A stretch of 64,000 nucleotides of DNA from Hormiphora californensis. Lineage: Eukaryota > Animalia > Ctenophora. The position numbers were made by a program, and so were the translations under genes. Location of the stretch: positions 7,812,001 through 7,876,000 of the forward strand of contig CM035351.1 of NCBI GenBank assembly GCA_020137815.1, read 5' to 3'. Each line of letters begins with the position of its first letter. Within the stretch, counting starts at the first letter, position 1. The notes under the pieces are model-generated. The model was given only the letters and a program-made list of their open reading frames with translations, made no database searches and was not told where the DNA came from. Positions 11,992 to 24,161 of this stretch are shown piece by piece.

Positions 11992-14900
11992 CTACAAGGG
12001 TTATTTCTCCAACTCGACACATTTGCTGAATGTGATACATAAGGAATGGGAGAGAGGGAAATGTAAGAAGATATGAGTAGTTATGAAAGCACAAAGAAGC
12101 ACTGAGAGAGAGAGAGTGAGGGAAACCTAAAAACGGGCATATATTGTGTGTGTAGGAGACAGGAAGTTGTTACAACAAATTATTTGACGGGTGTTACACC
12201 ACCATATACGGGCATGCCACGTGACACATGCTACCATATATGGGCATGTCACGTGACCCATGCGACCATATAAAGTTCCTGACAACTTACTTGCATTCAC
12301 AGTTCTTGTTGAAATTTCCCAAAATATGAGACCCAGTGAGTAAATATCTGACATACAGTAGGATTCAAAACTCTTGCTGTTAATCCTGTCATCCAGCACT
12401 TCGGGTGACATGTACCTGAGAGATGAATCTTTTCAATTTACAGCTTCTACAGGGAATTAGGAGATCAGCCAATCACAGGCCAGAGATTAGGTCACGTGAC
12501 TGTAATTCAGCCAATAGGGGAGGGGGAGGTGTGTAACCCGAGCCCAGATACAACACGTCGAGACGCTCCCACCCTGTAATCTCCACTTTCTGAAACCTGT
12601 TGAATGCCCTCCTAGAGCAGGGCTGAGAGCGAGACTGGGAGTTAAATAGAGCACACGACTGTAAAAGGATTTAGAAAGGGAACGAAGGAATGGATAATGA
12701 AGAAGAAGGCTGGCGATAAATAGAGAGAATCTCTCTCCCGGGTAGAGAGAGACAATCTCTTCTACCTTATTACCGCTATATAACGGAACCTCCTATTAGC
12801 GTACCTTTAATTAACGTACCTTTAATTAACGAAAATCGGTTTGGGTTAGCAAATTTTGACAAAAAGCACAAATACTGGGTTAAAATGGGTTAAAATGGTA
12901 ATTATGTTCCTATTGAGATATCAAGAATAATATTCTTTGCAATTGAGCACGGTTGTGAATTTGAGGCAGTTGTTCAAGACCCTCATGTATTTCAGTCAAC
13001 ATTGGTTCAGGGAGGGTTGGAAATTAAGGTCCTTTTTACTGTAAATGGACAGAACATGGGCTTGCCTCATTACAAACTATAATTACTGAAAAGTGTTGTT
13101 TTAAGACCCGTATGGTCGACAATTTTGAATCTCCTCTTAGAGAGATTCAAGATTCTTTGCCCACGAATGACTCTGATTCAGATAATGAACTGATATCTCA
13201 ATTTGAAAATGTTGAAGTTATTGATGATGATGAATAGGAAGAGAACTAGAAGTAGAAATGTTAACATTATATTCGATGACTTGGTTTTGTTTTTTTGCTA
13301 CCCTAAAAAAAGCAATTTTTAATTAAAGGAACATTAATTTAGCGGAACCCTAAATTAACGATACCTAAAATTAACGAAATTTTTACTGATTTCGTTAATT
13401 AAAGGTTCCGTTATATATCGGTAATAAGGTATTTCTCTCACTCTCTCACTCTGAGAGAGAGAGGTCCTGTCAGACTCTTTTATACACTCAGCACAGTTAA
13501 CCCCCCTTTTTACGTGGCGCGACTAGCAAATAGACGTACATTTCTTTAAAATATTCCCCTCTTTCCCCTCCCTTCTCTCGCTCTCTCTAGCTCTCCCTCT
13601 CTCTCCCTAGTCGCCCACTGCTCATTCCAGACGAGACACGGGTAATGTATAATGCGGGGTACACTACAAAACAGACAATAAACAGGGGGAAGAAAATATC
13701 AAAACTTCAATGCTGGTAGCCCTCTATGAGCCGCCTCTCTGTTTAAAGAGGTCATATCCCCCCGTAGCAGTCTGTACACAGGGGTATCTTTGAACAGGGC
13801 CTTTAAATACATGTGGTGGTCTTGTCTCAGTACAACAACAGTATGAAAGCTACACGTCATGTGAGATCATATAAACACAACTAAACCAAGGTTCCTACCA
13901 TCATGTACACACAACCAAGGGGAGGAGGGGAGGAGGGGCCGGGGGGTTCTCACCGTTTAGTTCCAACTCGGTGGTCGGGAGGTCGTTCCACCTCATCATT
14001 ACGACTATCATGTCGGACAGCCAGGCCCAGATCTCCTATACAACATTCCTTGTTACTTTTCACCAGTATGTTCTTACTCTTCAAGTCTCGGTGTGCTATG
14101 GCTGGTTTGTAACCTGAGGGTGAGAGAGAGAGGGTTAGAACTGAAATAGAGAGGTCTTTAGGAAGAGTTGTATCCTGAATCCTGGGGGGGGAGGGAGTGT
14201 GCCATTTGAGGGCAGCTATAAAATGAGGCATGTAATTTAGGGACAAATTAGTGATCCTTCATTGCCAATCGATATTATATAGGATTGACAAGAGTAATAT
14301 ACTATTTTAAGAAGAAGAGAGAGGGGTCACGAGAAACGAGACAGAGAGGAGGAGTGTGATGTAAAGGCGAGACGGAGAGGAGTTTATAGTTGAAGGGTGG
14401 TCGATAAGGCGAGACAGAGACTTTAACTCTCTCTCTCTCCCAGACATCTCCAAATAGAGGAGCATTATGATGGTGCTTTCAAAGCAATAATCTAATCGTT
14501 GTTTAATGGTCACATGACCACCTCTCTCTCTCTATCTCTCTCTCTCTCTCTCTCTTCCCTCTCACTTTCTCTCTCTCTCTCTTCCCCCCTCTCTCTCTCT
14601 CCCTCTCTCCTCTCACTTTCTCTCTCACTTTCTCTTCCCCCCCCCTCTCTCTCTCTCTCCCCTCACTTTCTCTCTCAATAGGCCTGCAGAGGGTAACTTA
14701 AGCTGTAAATACCACGTGACAATCATAGCAAGAGAGCATGCCAAGAGGGGGGGTTATTTTATCATTTTTCCTGTCTCCACCCCTCCTGCAGGAACCCCTT
14801 GGCAAAACACAGAGCTTCTGCACACATGTGTCTCGTCCCTTGCTTATTCATGTATGTGCATTGTGCATGGCAGGTATTTCATTAGGTTGATGGGTGAGGG

Positions 14901-15921
14901 GGCATTTAAAAAGTCAATATAATCAAGAGAGGAAAGCCGTTTTGATGGTACAGGAAAAATGGGCGGAGAGAGAGAGGAAGAGAGTGAGACTTGAGAGAGG
15001 GGAGGGTGAGAGAGAGAGAGAGGGGGGGGTAGAGAGATATTAATAAAAGACAAAAGAGTAGTTATTACCCCGTCATATACAGTTTGCTCTGCAAAACACC
15101 CCTCGTAACATTCCACGAGACCTATATGATAGGCACATACCCCGACCAGTATACCATTTACCACGACAAAAAACCCTGGTTCTTTCACCCATGCCATACC
15201 TTTCAAGACAACCCCTAATCCCTAACCATATCACCATAACATACCGACCCTCAAGTATAATGGTGCTCGCATTATCATTCCTTTTCATAATCCCCCCCCC
15301 CCCCCCCCCGGGACATACCGGCTGAGTAGCAGTAGTTGGTAGAGTTCTGTAGTGCCCCGCTAGTACCCCTGATCTCACTATGTAGGAATGTCAGGCCATT
15401 GACAATTGAAAATGCAAACACCAGCATGTCCCAGTTGTTAAGGGTGTTCTGACATAGGTAGTCGTAGAGGGATCCCAGTTCGTGGTACTCAGTGATCAGC
15501 CACATCTCCGTCCAATATCCTGAGAGGGGGTGATGGGGGTTAGAAGATTAACTGAGAGGGGTGATGGGGGTTAGAAGATGAACTGATGGAACCTGGTAGA
15601 GTATCATGGGGGTGGTGTGGTGGGTTAGAGCGGTTGTGGGTTAAGAAGATGAACTGATGAGTGATGGGGCCTGATATATAGAGTATGGTAACCTAGCGGG
15701 ATAGCATCTCAGCTGCCTCTGTACGTGTCTTGGTTTGTCTGCTGGGTTAGGACCCAGTGAGGGGGCTATAATCACACGTCATCCCAGGCGGCTTTATTTA
15801 GTGCCCCTCAACCCTCAAACAATGGACATTGTCCATCTTCCAGATCCCGTGTGAAAATATGAGAGATAGCGAGACTAGAAAGGGATAGAGAGGGATAGAG
15901 AGAGAGAGAGAGAGAGAGAGG

Positions 15922-15992
<71 letters not shown>

Positions 15993-17295
15993 GAGAGAGA
16001 GAGAGATAGAGAGAGATTCTTTCCCCAGTGAAGCTGTATAAACGAAACGCGAGAGAGAGAAAGGGTATCATAAATCTAAAAGTGACAAATAACTGACTAT
16101 CACTGGTCCTCCTTTCTCGTATATTGATTCCTTGTAAACACAAATTACAATTATCTTGTTGGTAACCAAGGGCTCTGAACACACAGCCCTGGACACAGAG
16201 ACGTTTAAAAAAACTAAACCAAACCAAATATGAAACCAAAAAATGAAAGAAGAGAATTGTTCATAAGGAGTTGGAATACTAATATATGTTTTGCGTTGCG
16301 GAAATGTAGCAAGTTTGTGTCAATTAGTTACTGGTCTGTGAGCCTGGCAGATCCATGACTTTTATAAGACTTTCGATGCCTTCAGAGTTCAGGATGAGTT
16401 TGTTGAAATTAAGCTTCATAGAATGGAACCTACCCCTGTCCTTGTTATCAGCAGCAATGAATCCCAGGATATTATCATGTCTCATCAGGGCGGTACTGTA
16501 GATATCCATCTCCCTAGTCCAACTCTTCTCATCATGTGACAGGAACACCTTAACCGCTACTGGGTCACCTCTAAAACTACCACGGTGTACCTGGGGTGGG
16601 GGAAGGGGGAGTAGTTACATATGGCCGATGGGAAATTATTAACTCGTCCAAACAATAAATCAAGCCCAAGGTAAATAATAAAGTGTCTCCAAGTTGTATA
16701 TCTGTGTATCTCACTCCCTATAAATTATAAAGACACTTCTCCCAATTACTGTAGCAGCTCTGCAGCTTTGGAGGGTGTGAGTGTAAAGGCCTGTACTGCC
16801 AGTGATAGTCTACATCATATCTCTCTGTCATCTCCCTCTCTCTCTTCCCCTTCTCAGCTCTATTTTCCACTCCCTTAGTAACTACATGTATCTCTCTACC
16901 GGATCTCCCTTCTATCACAACACAGTCTGGGTCTGACCAATGACCTCTCCAGCTCCCCTCACACACTGGTCTGGGTGTATAATATACCTAACTAAGTACC
17001 CCTTGTCATCATCCCCTTCTGAAACCTAGGTCACCAACCTTCTACTACAATTATACCTCCCTAATAGTATACCCTGTTATACCCTGTACCCTCACTAACC
17101 CGACCCTTACCTCTCCAAAGCGGCCCTTTCCGATCACTTCCAGGAGGGTGATCTGCCGGGCGATGGTCCGTTGGTTTAATCTTCTCTCGCTACTATAGCC
17201 CGAACCTGTGTATAGACAGAATTGTTAGTGTGTGTAGGTATGTAACTATTGAGAGATCAATGGAAACCCGCCGCCCTATACCTTACTGTGTAGTA

Positions 17296-17345
<50 letters not shown>

Positions 17346-17602
17346 AAGAGAGAGGGAGAGAGAGAGAGAAGAAAGAGAGAGAGGGAGAGAGAGAGAGAGA
17401 GAGAGAAGAAAGAGAGAAGAAAGCGAGAGAGAGAGAGAGAGAGAGAGAGAAGCTCTCACTAACTGTCGCGTGTATTTAGTCGAGACGGTAATTCCCGTCA
17501 CGTGACATCTCCCTTTCTCTTCTTCCCCAGCGCCATTACTCGTCCTTTCTCTCTTTCTCTCTCTCTTTCTATCTGCTCTAATCTCCTCTCTATCTCCTCT
17601 CT

Positions 17603-17633
<31 letters not shown>

Positions 17634-17653
17634 TCTCTTCTCTTCTCTTTCTC

Positions 17654-17695
<42 letters not shown>

Positions 17696-19804
17696 CTCTC
17701 CACCCACTCACCGCTGCCAATAGTGCTGGAAGGTTCCGTGTACTCCCCAAGTCCACCACCCAGAGTGGGTGCCATGGTGTAAGTTGTCTTCTCCAGAGGG
17801 TATGGGTAACTGCACCTCTTATACACCAGCAGCAACAGCAGCACGATAGCAAAGAGGACAGTGAAGGATCCTATCACTATGTAGACAACATCCCATTTTC
17901 CACTGTGGTGTGAGGGCATATTGTTAGCACTAGGACCCCCTGTAGATCCATCCAATGTGCCGTCTTCGTTCTCAACATAGTCACCACCTGCAATTATTGT
18001 AATGTTTAGCCATATATGGGCATGTCACGTGATACACACAACTCTCTCTTGCAGACAGTGTGAGTGTGTGGGTCCCGGAGGATGGTGCTTCCGGGTGGGG
18101 TATTATCCCTTATATGGAGTGGTGGCGCCGCCATCCCGGCTCCCATGGTAGAAACACCAAGAGTAATAGAGGGAGAGATCTCCCTATCTCTCTCTATCAC
18201 TCTTTCTCTCCCCCTCTCTAGAGAGGGGGAGAGAAAGAGTGATAGAGAGAGATAGGGAGACGATATATAACCGGTAACATTCTCTTGAATCCTGATGACC
18301 TAAATCATTCATTTTTCTCTTCCCCTTATATCTTCTCAAAGACTTTTAACTCTATTGACAACTGACATATTGTAAGGATGAGGCTCGACAGTGTCTCACT
18401 ATCACGCTTGATGCTTCTAGCTGACTAGACTTGTAACACAGCTGCAGTAATCCAGGTCTAGATCTAAGCAGCAGTGGTCTAGCCGGGTCTGACAGGAGCT
18501 CAACTATTAGTATGGAGTCTAGCCGAGTAGTGTCTAAACTTTGGTATTAGACACACTACACTCAATTTAGATAGTCATACACTAAACACACCCTGTCCTA
18601 TTATATTGACTGTGGTATAAATCAAGTAAATCTGTGAATGTTGTAAAGCTTAGTAGTGGAAGCCTACTATTATAACAGCTACTACTACTAGGGGTGTGTG
18701 TAATGCTACCCGTGTTATTCAGGTGGCCATAAGGTATGTGTCAGACAGGGTGAAGACACATTGAAAGAAAGTCAGACACACTCCCCAGACAATAGCAAAT
18801 AGGGTAACTAGAACTCCCCAGACCTCCCATTATTCCTCAGGTTACATTACACGGGGGGGGGGGGGGGGAATGAGATAGCTGCTGAGGTGACGTCATGTTG
18901 TTTATGGGAAACCAAACACTATAACAAACTCAGAGTCACTACTGCTGTTACAGTGATCGGGAAAGTGATGGGATGAGACGTTCATACAGACAAACAGAGT
19001 AGTCAATAAAACAGAGTAGTCAATAAAATCTAGATGTATGGTAGACGGTTAAAACTAAGTTTAACAAATCGTGTTCATTACCGTTACATAATCATGTGAT
19101 AATGTTATTACCGTTATTGATGATGATTTGAAAGGTATCCCTGTTATTACCAGCTACCAGCTTGTATTTATCATCTGGTATATTTTCCTTGGTATTGCAA
19201 TAATTGTTCATACAACACTCTATCTTGAAGGGTCTGTTGGGCTTCGTAGGTACTCTGAAAATATGTTGATGATATGTTTTGAAAGGTCAGTGTATCAGAG
19301 AGAGAGAGAGAGGGATCTACTAGGTCTGTCAGATCTTATGATTAAATCAAATATGGTATTGTCAGACCTTAAAATACTTTAAAACGTTCATTGATGTACT
19401 ATTCATTTGGCAATGAACTAAAAGAACAGTATCGATTGCACGCTAGTCACAATAAAATGATCACTTACGTGTTACATGCAAGTATGGCCTGTCTGGTGCA
19501 ACTTCTATAGGTTGTCTGTCTACCATCCTCGATTGAAAACTTAACAAAACACCTTGTGTTGTTATTATTTGCCTCGATCTCACACAGTCCTGTTTGGCAC
19601 GTATCACATACACACGTTCTTGTATTGCCCTCTTCGCTGAGGTCTTCTGAAGGGCGATATATTTGTTAGCAAGCAATCACTGAGAGTTCAATAGCTATTC
19701 AGGAGCAGGGTTGTATTTAATAATAAGACAAACAGTAACTTACGTGATACGGCTGCAGTGATGTAGATAAATAGCAAAAAGAAAATTCCGCGGGACAGCA
19801 TCAT
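10754..19804 (-). CDS. TGF-beta/activin type I receptor Ser/Thr kinase (ALK4/5/7-like L45 loop); 11 coding exons
   Basis: Exons 19744-19804 (signal peptide [20 protein letters not shown]), 19469-19646, ~19151-19254 (Cys box CCMNNYCN; donor could be 19112), 17712-17987 (TM), 17111-17205 (GS box, GKGRFGEV), 16434-16590 (VAVKVF; ADNKDRG), 15319-15519, 13954-14113 ([18 protein letters not shown]), 12291-12415 (YMSPE), 11579-11715, 10754-10885 (RLTALRIKK). The L45 loop ADNKDRGYWT resembles ALK5-type ADNKDNGTWT. Confidence 0.95.
12763..13431. mobile_element. Non-autonomous TIR DNA transposon (TA target duplication, Tc1/mariner-pogo-like) in a receptor intron, carrying a HIRAN-like coding remnant
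   Basis: Left TA-CCTTATTACCGCTATATAACGGAACCT and right AGGTTCCGTTATATATCGGTAATAAGG-TA, with subterminal TTAATTAACG repeats. Internal + frame 12897-13082 reads [45 protein letters not shown]. Confidence 0.8.
17298..17700. repeat. (GA)n then (CT)n microsatellite pair; representative of many tracts (10908-11200, 11910-11990, 14520-14680, 15865-16020, 47095-47150, 47490-47712, 48160-48270, 51113-51192, 52408-52500)
   Basis: Directly visible dinucleotide runs. Confidence 0.95.
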
Positions 19805-19860
19805 TTTATCACGTTCATTACTTAATGAGGTGAGCAAGTTGGATTAATGATGAATCATCG

Positions 19861-20075
19861 GGTGAGCGGACTCTAGTGCTAAAATCACGAAAAGCGAACT
19901 CGAGATTTCGGCCGTTAGGCTGGAAACGAGAGTTTGCTGTGCCTCTATACTCGTTTAGAAGTGTTAGGGCTGTTATTTGGGTTCGAGGTTAGGGTTTAGT
20001 GTAATGGTTAGGGTTAGATGTAGAGTCCTCCTTGGGTTTAGATATAGAGTCCGTTAGCACTAGAGTCCGCCCACC
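19861..20075. mobile_element. MITE with 22-bp TIRs and 9-bp TSD (Mutator-like)
   Basis: GGTGAGCGGACTCTAGTGCTAA ... TTAGCACTAGAGTCCGCCCACC, flanked by GAATCATCG at 19852-19860 and 20076-20084. Confidence 0.88.
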
Positions 20076-20594
20076 GAATCATCGCACCAAATAAAATCAA
20101 ACAATAAACAGCAGAAGTAAAGCTTCGGGTTTTATCAAAATTAATCTATCATTCGATCTCTGAAAAATGCAAAAAAGGCCAAGTGTGCCAACGATAAACA
20201 GTTTGAACAAAAATATTTAAATTTCTGATTCTATCAATAGACAAGGTAAATTCATTAATAGGCTCGTATACGCAAGGTCAATAAAGCTAGGATTTAAAGG
20301 AAACAACACAATTTTAACAAGTGACACGCCCTCAATTGTTAAAGATTGACGAGCGGTTGCCGGTTGTAGCCTCACAAATACAAATACAATTATAATTTAT
20401 ATCCCGCTTTTGGGCCTATGCATTGTTAGTGCTAGGAGAACGCCGTTTCAATCAGTCGATTGAAGCAACGCACCCACCACTAACAAGCCTTCTAAAGCGG
20501 CTCACTCAGTCAATCCGAAGCCGTTAGGGAAATATGCTATTCATTGCTAATCCGATGACGAATCAACTTATGTTCAGTATCCGTACTTGACTAA

Positions 20595-20796
20595 TAGGGA
20601 TCCCTAAAAAAGTTCAGTATTTACACAGCGTTTACACCAGAGCGCTGTGATTGGCTGAAATTTCTGAAGATGGAAAATTTAAGCCAATCACAGCGCAGAT
20701 TTTGAAATTTTTCTTCCCACGCTACCGTGGGAAAATCCGAAATGGCTTAGCTGGTGTAAACGCTGCGTAAATACTGAACTTTTTTAGGGATCCCTA
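20595..20796. mobile_element. MITE, TAGGGATCCCTA-terminus family, copy 1
   Basis: ~46-bp TIR TAGGGATCCCTAAAAAAGTTCAGTATTTACACAGCGTTTACACCAG with its reverse complement ending at 20796, plus an internal inverted CTGTGATTGGCT/AGCCAATCACAG. Confidence 0.85.
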
Positions 20797-20868
20797 TGAC
20801 TTAAAGCTAAACCAGTAACCAGCAATTTGAAACGATCTAAACTGGGAAAACGAAACCGGAAACTGGGA

Positions 20869-21318
20869 TAGGGATCCCTAAAAAAGTTCAGTATTTACAC
20901 AGCGTTTACACAGTCTTTAAAGTCCATTTTTATTCAACTGTTCACCCCTCAACTCGTGCGCGTGCGATATTTTAATTTACGCTGCGCGCGCTACACGTTA
21001 ACATGTGATAAACGCGCAAAACAATTCCGCGCACGACTTTGGGGGGTGAACAGTTGGAAAAAAATGGAGTATACACAGTCATTACACCCAGAGCGGCGCG
21101 TGCTGCGTTTTGCGGCTTTTTCTAACAAAATATTGGATTGTGTGCTGCACAATTGAGTAAATTGAGCGCTGCGGCGAAAAAAGTTTCCGAAAACGCTGCA
21201 AATCGAGTGCGAAAGACGCAGTCTTTACACCCAGAGCGGCGCGGGCGCTCTGGGTGTAACGACTGTGTAAAGACTGTGTAAACGCTGTGTAAATACTGAA
21301 CTTTTTTAGGGATCCCTA
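20869..21318. mobile_element. MITE, TAGGGATCCCTA-terminus family, copy 2 (different interior)
   Basis: Same TIR as 20595-20796 at both ends, with internal inverted repeats (CAACTGTTCACCCC/GGGGTGAACAGTTG). Confidence 0.85.
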
Positions 21319-22206
21319 TCGGGAGAGTAAAAATTTCAAAATTTTTCGCGAAAAATTTTGAATTTCGAAAACTAAAAATCCCTCGCGCGCGTAGCGCGGC
21401 TGATAATTGCATCGTTGACACTACAAAATCGCGTCGGCGCGCGAATTGCTTTGGCCTTTGGTTCCCTACCTGTATGTAGCGCGCAAAGATGTTGGCAACC
21501 CAGTGAACATCTCCAACGGGCTTGAAGTTGGTTCATTACCAGTAACATGGCAAAAATTTGCGGGAGACGTAGTATAGACGTAGTCTGACCCATTACATTC
21601 TCGTTTCTCTCAGACTCAGAGAACTGTGGTCAGAGCATTGGCCTGACAGATTATATTTATACCATTACCAGTGAGCAGAAATATAAAACGTCAGAAATTA
21701 TTTATCAGTAACAGCAAACACCAGGTGAAGTGCTACAAAAATAAATTAATTGGAATCATCAAACTCAATTACAATATTAATACCATACTCATATTATTAT
21801 TAAAACACACATTATCTATTGTCCGGTAATTACACCAATTTCTATATCATATAAACTCTTCCATTCTTCCGATTGTGAATATGCTGGCTGTGAGGGTTCC
21901 AAAACCTGGTGAACAACTGTGCAACGTGTTGTAGTTGACCTCAATTCAAAGTACCTGGGGTTGGTGGAGAAAGTTAGGCAAATAAAAAACTGCAGGTGTT
22001 TCTTCAAGATGAAGGAACTAAAGTTCAACTACACAGTTTCAGTTAAATCCAGACTAATCCGATCCTGAGCTCAATTTACCTAAATTACCTCTGTATTGCA
22101 AGAGTTCAGTGACAGAAGGCCACTACGTCTACTTCTAGGTCCCCGACTCTGGAAGGTTTGGTTTGTGTCAGCAAGAAATCCAGCTAGGCTCCATATTATT
22201 TTGAAA

Positions 22207-22883
22207 TATACGAGAAGTGGGTAGTAACAAAACCAAACAGATCGGATCTGAGAAGAGAGGGAAAATCGGGGTATTATACAGTGGTCATCCGACATAATTG
22301 CCATATCTCGACGTGAACTTCGACGTGGAATTCGACGAGGAATAGCAGGCGTTTGTAGTTATGAACGCCTGCTGCCCATGCCGCACGTGCCAATGTGCCG
22401 CGCACAGCAGGCGTTCATAACAACAAACGCCTGCTATTCCTCGTCGAATTCCACGTCGAAGTTCGCGTCGAGATATGGCAATTATGTCGGATGACCAGTG
22501 ACCACTGATAGGGAGCATGTTCGGACATTAGATACTTCAAACTAGCAATGAGGGGGAGAGCATCAGCCTTGCAGAAAGAGAAAGAATACAGGGCTCCCGC
22601 CATTCTTAAAACGGGAGAGTTTCCGGAACCTGAGGGGCGAGTGAAAGCAGGACGCACCCTCCTGTGGGAAGCAACAGCCCCCATGAGAAAGCCACTCATG
22701 AATAATGAACCGCAAATTGCTGTCCTCCACGGCATACGCCGTACGATAGACATACTGTATGGATACGGATCTCTCTTAGATTTCCCGCAGAGAGATAATG
22801 GGTCCAGCTCCACCGAGGCACCCAGGCCCGGTCTCTTTACAGAGACCATACCTACCAGAAGGTCTACCAAGAGAAGACGCTAA
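22207..22883 (+). pseudogene. Distant, disrupted member of unknown small-protein family A
   Basis: ORF 22548-22883 aligns almost without gaps to 32006-32455 (ALQKEKEYRAPA..FPEPEG..A..LL..IDILYGYG....FPQR vs AIRDERNKRGQA..YPARQG..A..LF..LETLWAYG....YPVR). The upstream part is interrupted by the 22283 MITE and a frameshift. Confidence 0.5.
22283..22496. mobile_element. Foldback MITE, ~90-bp TIRs, 3-bp TSD (PIF/Harbinger-like)
   Basis: GGTCATCCGACATAATTGCCATATCTCG... / ...CGAGATATGGCAATTATGTCGGATGACC, with AGT on both sides (22280-22282, 22497-22499). Confidence 0.85.
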
Positions 22884-23632
22884 GTGCCCAATACAGGGCA
22901 CGAGGATGACAGTATTAATTTATAATGTTATCCTGTTTTAAATTTTATGTTTGAAATTTGTAGTTTTTACGGATTCTAATGAGAAAAGGGGTCACACACA
23001 CTCACTTTGCTCCGCGAAAAAAAGGGATAAAACACACCCTGTCGGTCCACATAGCCTATCATACACGGAGGGGCGGATGAGGGGGTATGCAAAACCACAC
23101 CCCGGTAAATGAACATACTCTGGCATGGGAGGACAACCCCAGCAGTTTAAAAACCATCTCCATCCACAGAGGGGCGGATGCAGGGACCATGAACTGTCCC
23201 TTTGATATTGAATAAACAGCCTTTCCCCGATACCCAATGTAAATCACCCTATCGGAAGAATCTCACACATTTGGTTGAGATTTAAAACACTGTTATATTG
23301 TTGTAACACTGGTGCACACCACACCACATTACATGTCTCCTTCAAATTGATATAAACGAATCTGGAGTAGACATAGGGGAGCTCCAGTGGTACAGAGGAA
23401 CCCTGACGCCGATCAACGTGTGAATGATCGCTGGAATACGATGCTGAACCCACCTGCTGACGCCCTGGAGCAACGCAATTTTCCCCGCTTATAAGGACCG
23501 CGGATTGGAGAAGAAGAGAACCGAATACCGCTGCTAAATACTTGTCCTTCTAACCTTTGAACGTTATATAACTTGTATTTTGCTTTCTTTAAAACAGTAC
23601 CCTTCCACCTCACCTCAATCACTCACTACATT

Positions 23633-24161
23633 ATGGTGGATCAGGATACTACTATGGCAATGGAGGCGAACAAAGAGATGGAGATCAACAACGCGGGAGA
23701 GTCGTTTCTGTTGAGCTCCGCGACGTTGGCATGTGGCACCCAGATTTATCAGTGCGACGGGGCAACCCCGATCCGATTGGTCGCCGTAAGGGATTATGTA
23801 GAATTTTTGGAAGATCTCTTGGACTCATTAAGCTCCGAGGACACGGTGCCTCGAAGAATGCTAGCCATCCGTGACGAACGCAACAAGCGTGGGCACTGGG
23901 CAGGCGTCAGCCGCCATTATGGGATACCCCGCAAGACAGGGTGTATTCGCCGCCGCGAAAGAACTATTTGCAACTGCTGGAAAGAGCGTGAACGATTTTC
24001 TGCAACACGGCTCCCTCGAGGAAGTCACTGTAGAAGTGTTATCCGCACTTGAGACATTGTGGAACTATGGGAGACAGAGAAGGTTCCCTGTGCGTCAATA
24101 TTCTGAAAGGGCCAACAGGGCTAGAGAGCAAGCCCGGATTCTAAATCTTGCTGAGTGTTAG
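23633..24161 (+). pseudogene. Family A small protein, frameshifted copy
   Basis: ORFs 23573-24052 and 23871-24161 join into one protein once a 7-bp tandem duplication (TGGGCAC-TGGGCA, 23890-23902) is removed. About 85% amino-acid identity to 32006-32455 over the core by hand count. Confidence 0.85.

Noticed and set aside
12532-13668. Possible solo LTR (TGTAAC...ACTACA, with a TATA-like signal on the minus strand) hosting the HIRAN-like element
   Set aside because: No target-site duplication and no second copy in the window, so it cannot be supported.
18410-18490. Minus-strand [11 protein letters not shown] resembling a receptor Cys box
   Set aside because: It runs into a stop, and the real Cys box (CCMNNYCN) lies at ~19195-19220 in a phase-compatible exon.
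19985-20040. Telomere-like TTAGGG repeats
   Set aside because: Few, degenerate and internal to a MITE; not an interstitial telomere array.
21816-22200. Possible minus-strand spliced exons
   Set aside because: Splice-like signals exist, but there is no start, no recognisable product and no consistent gene model.
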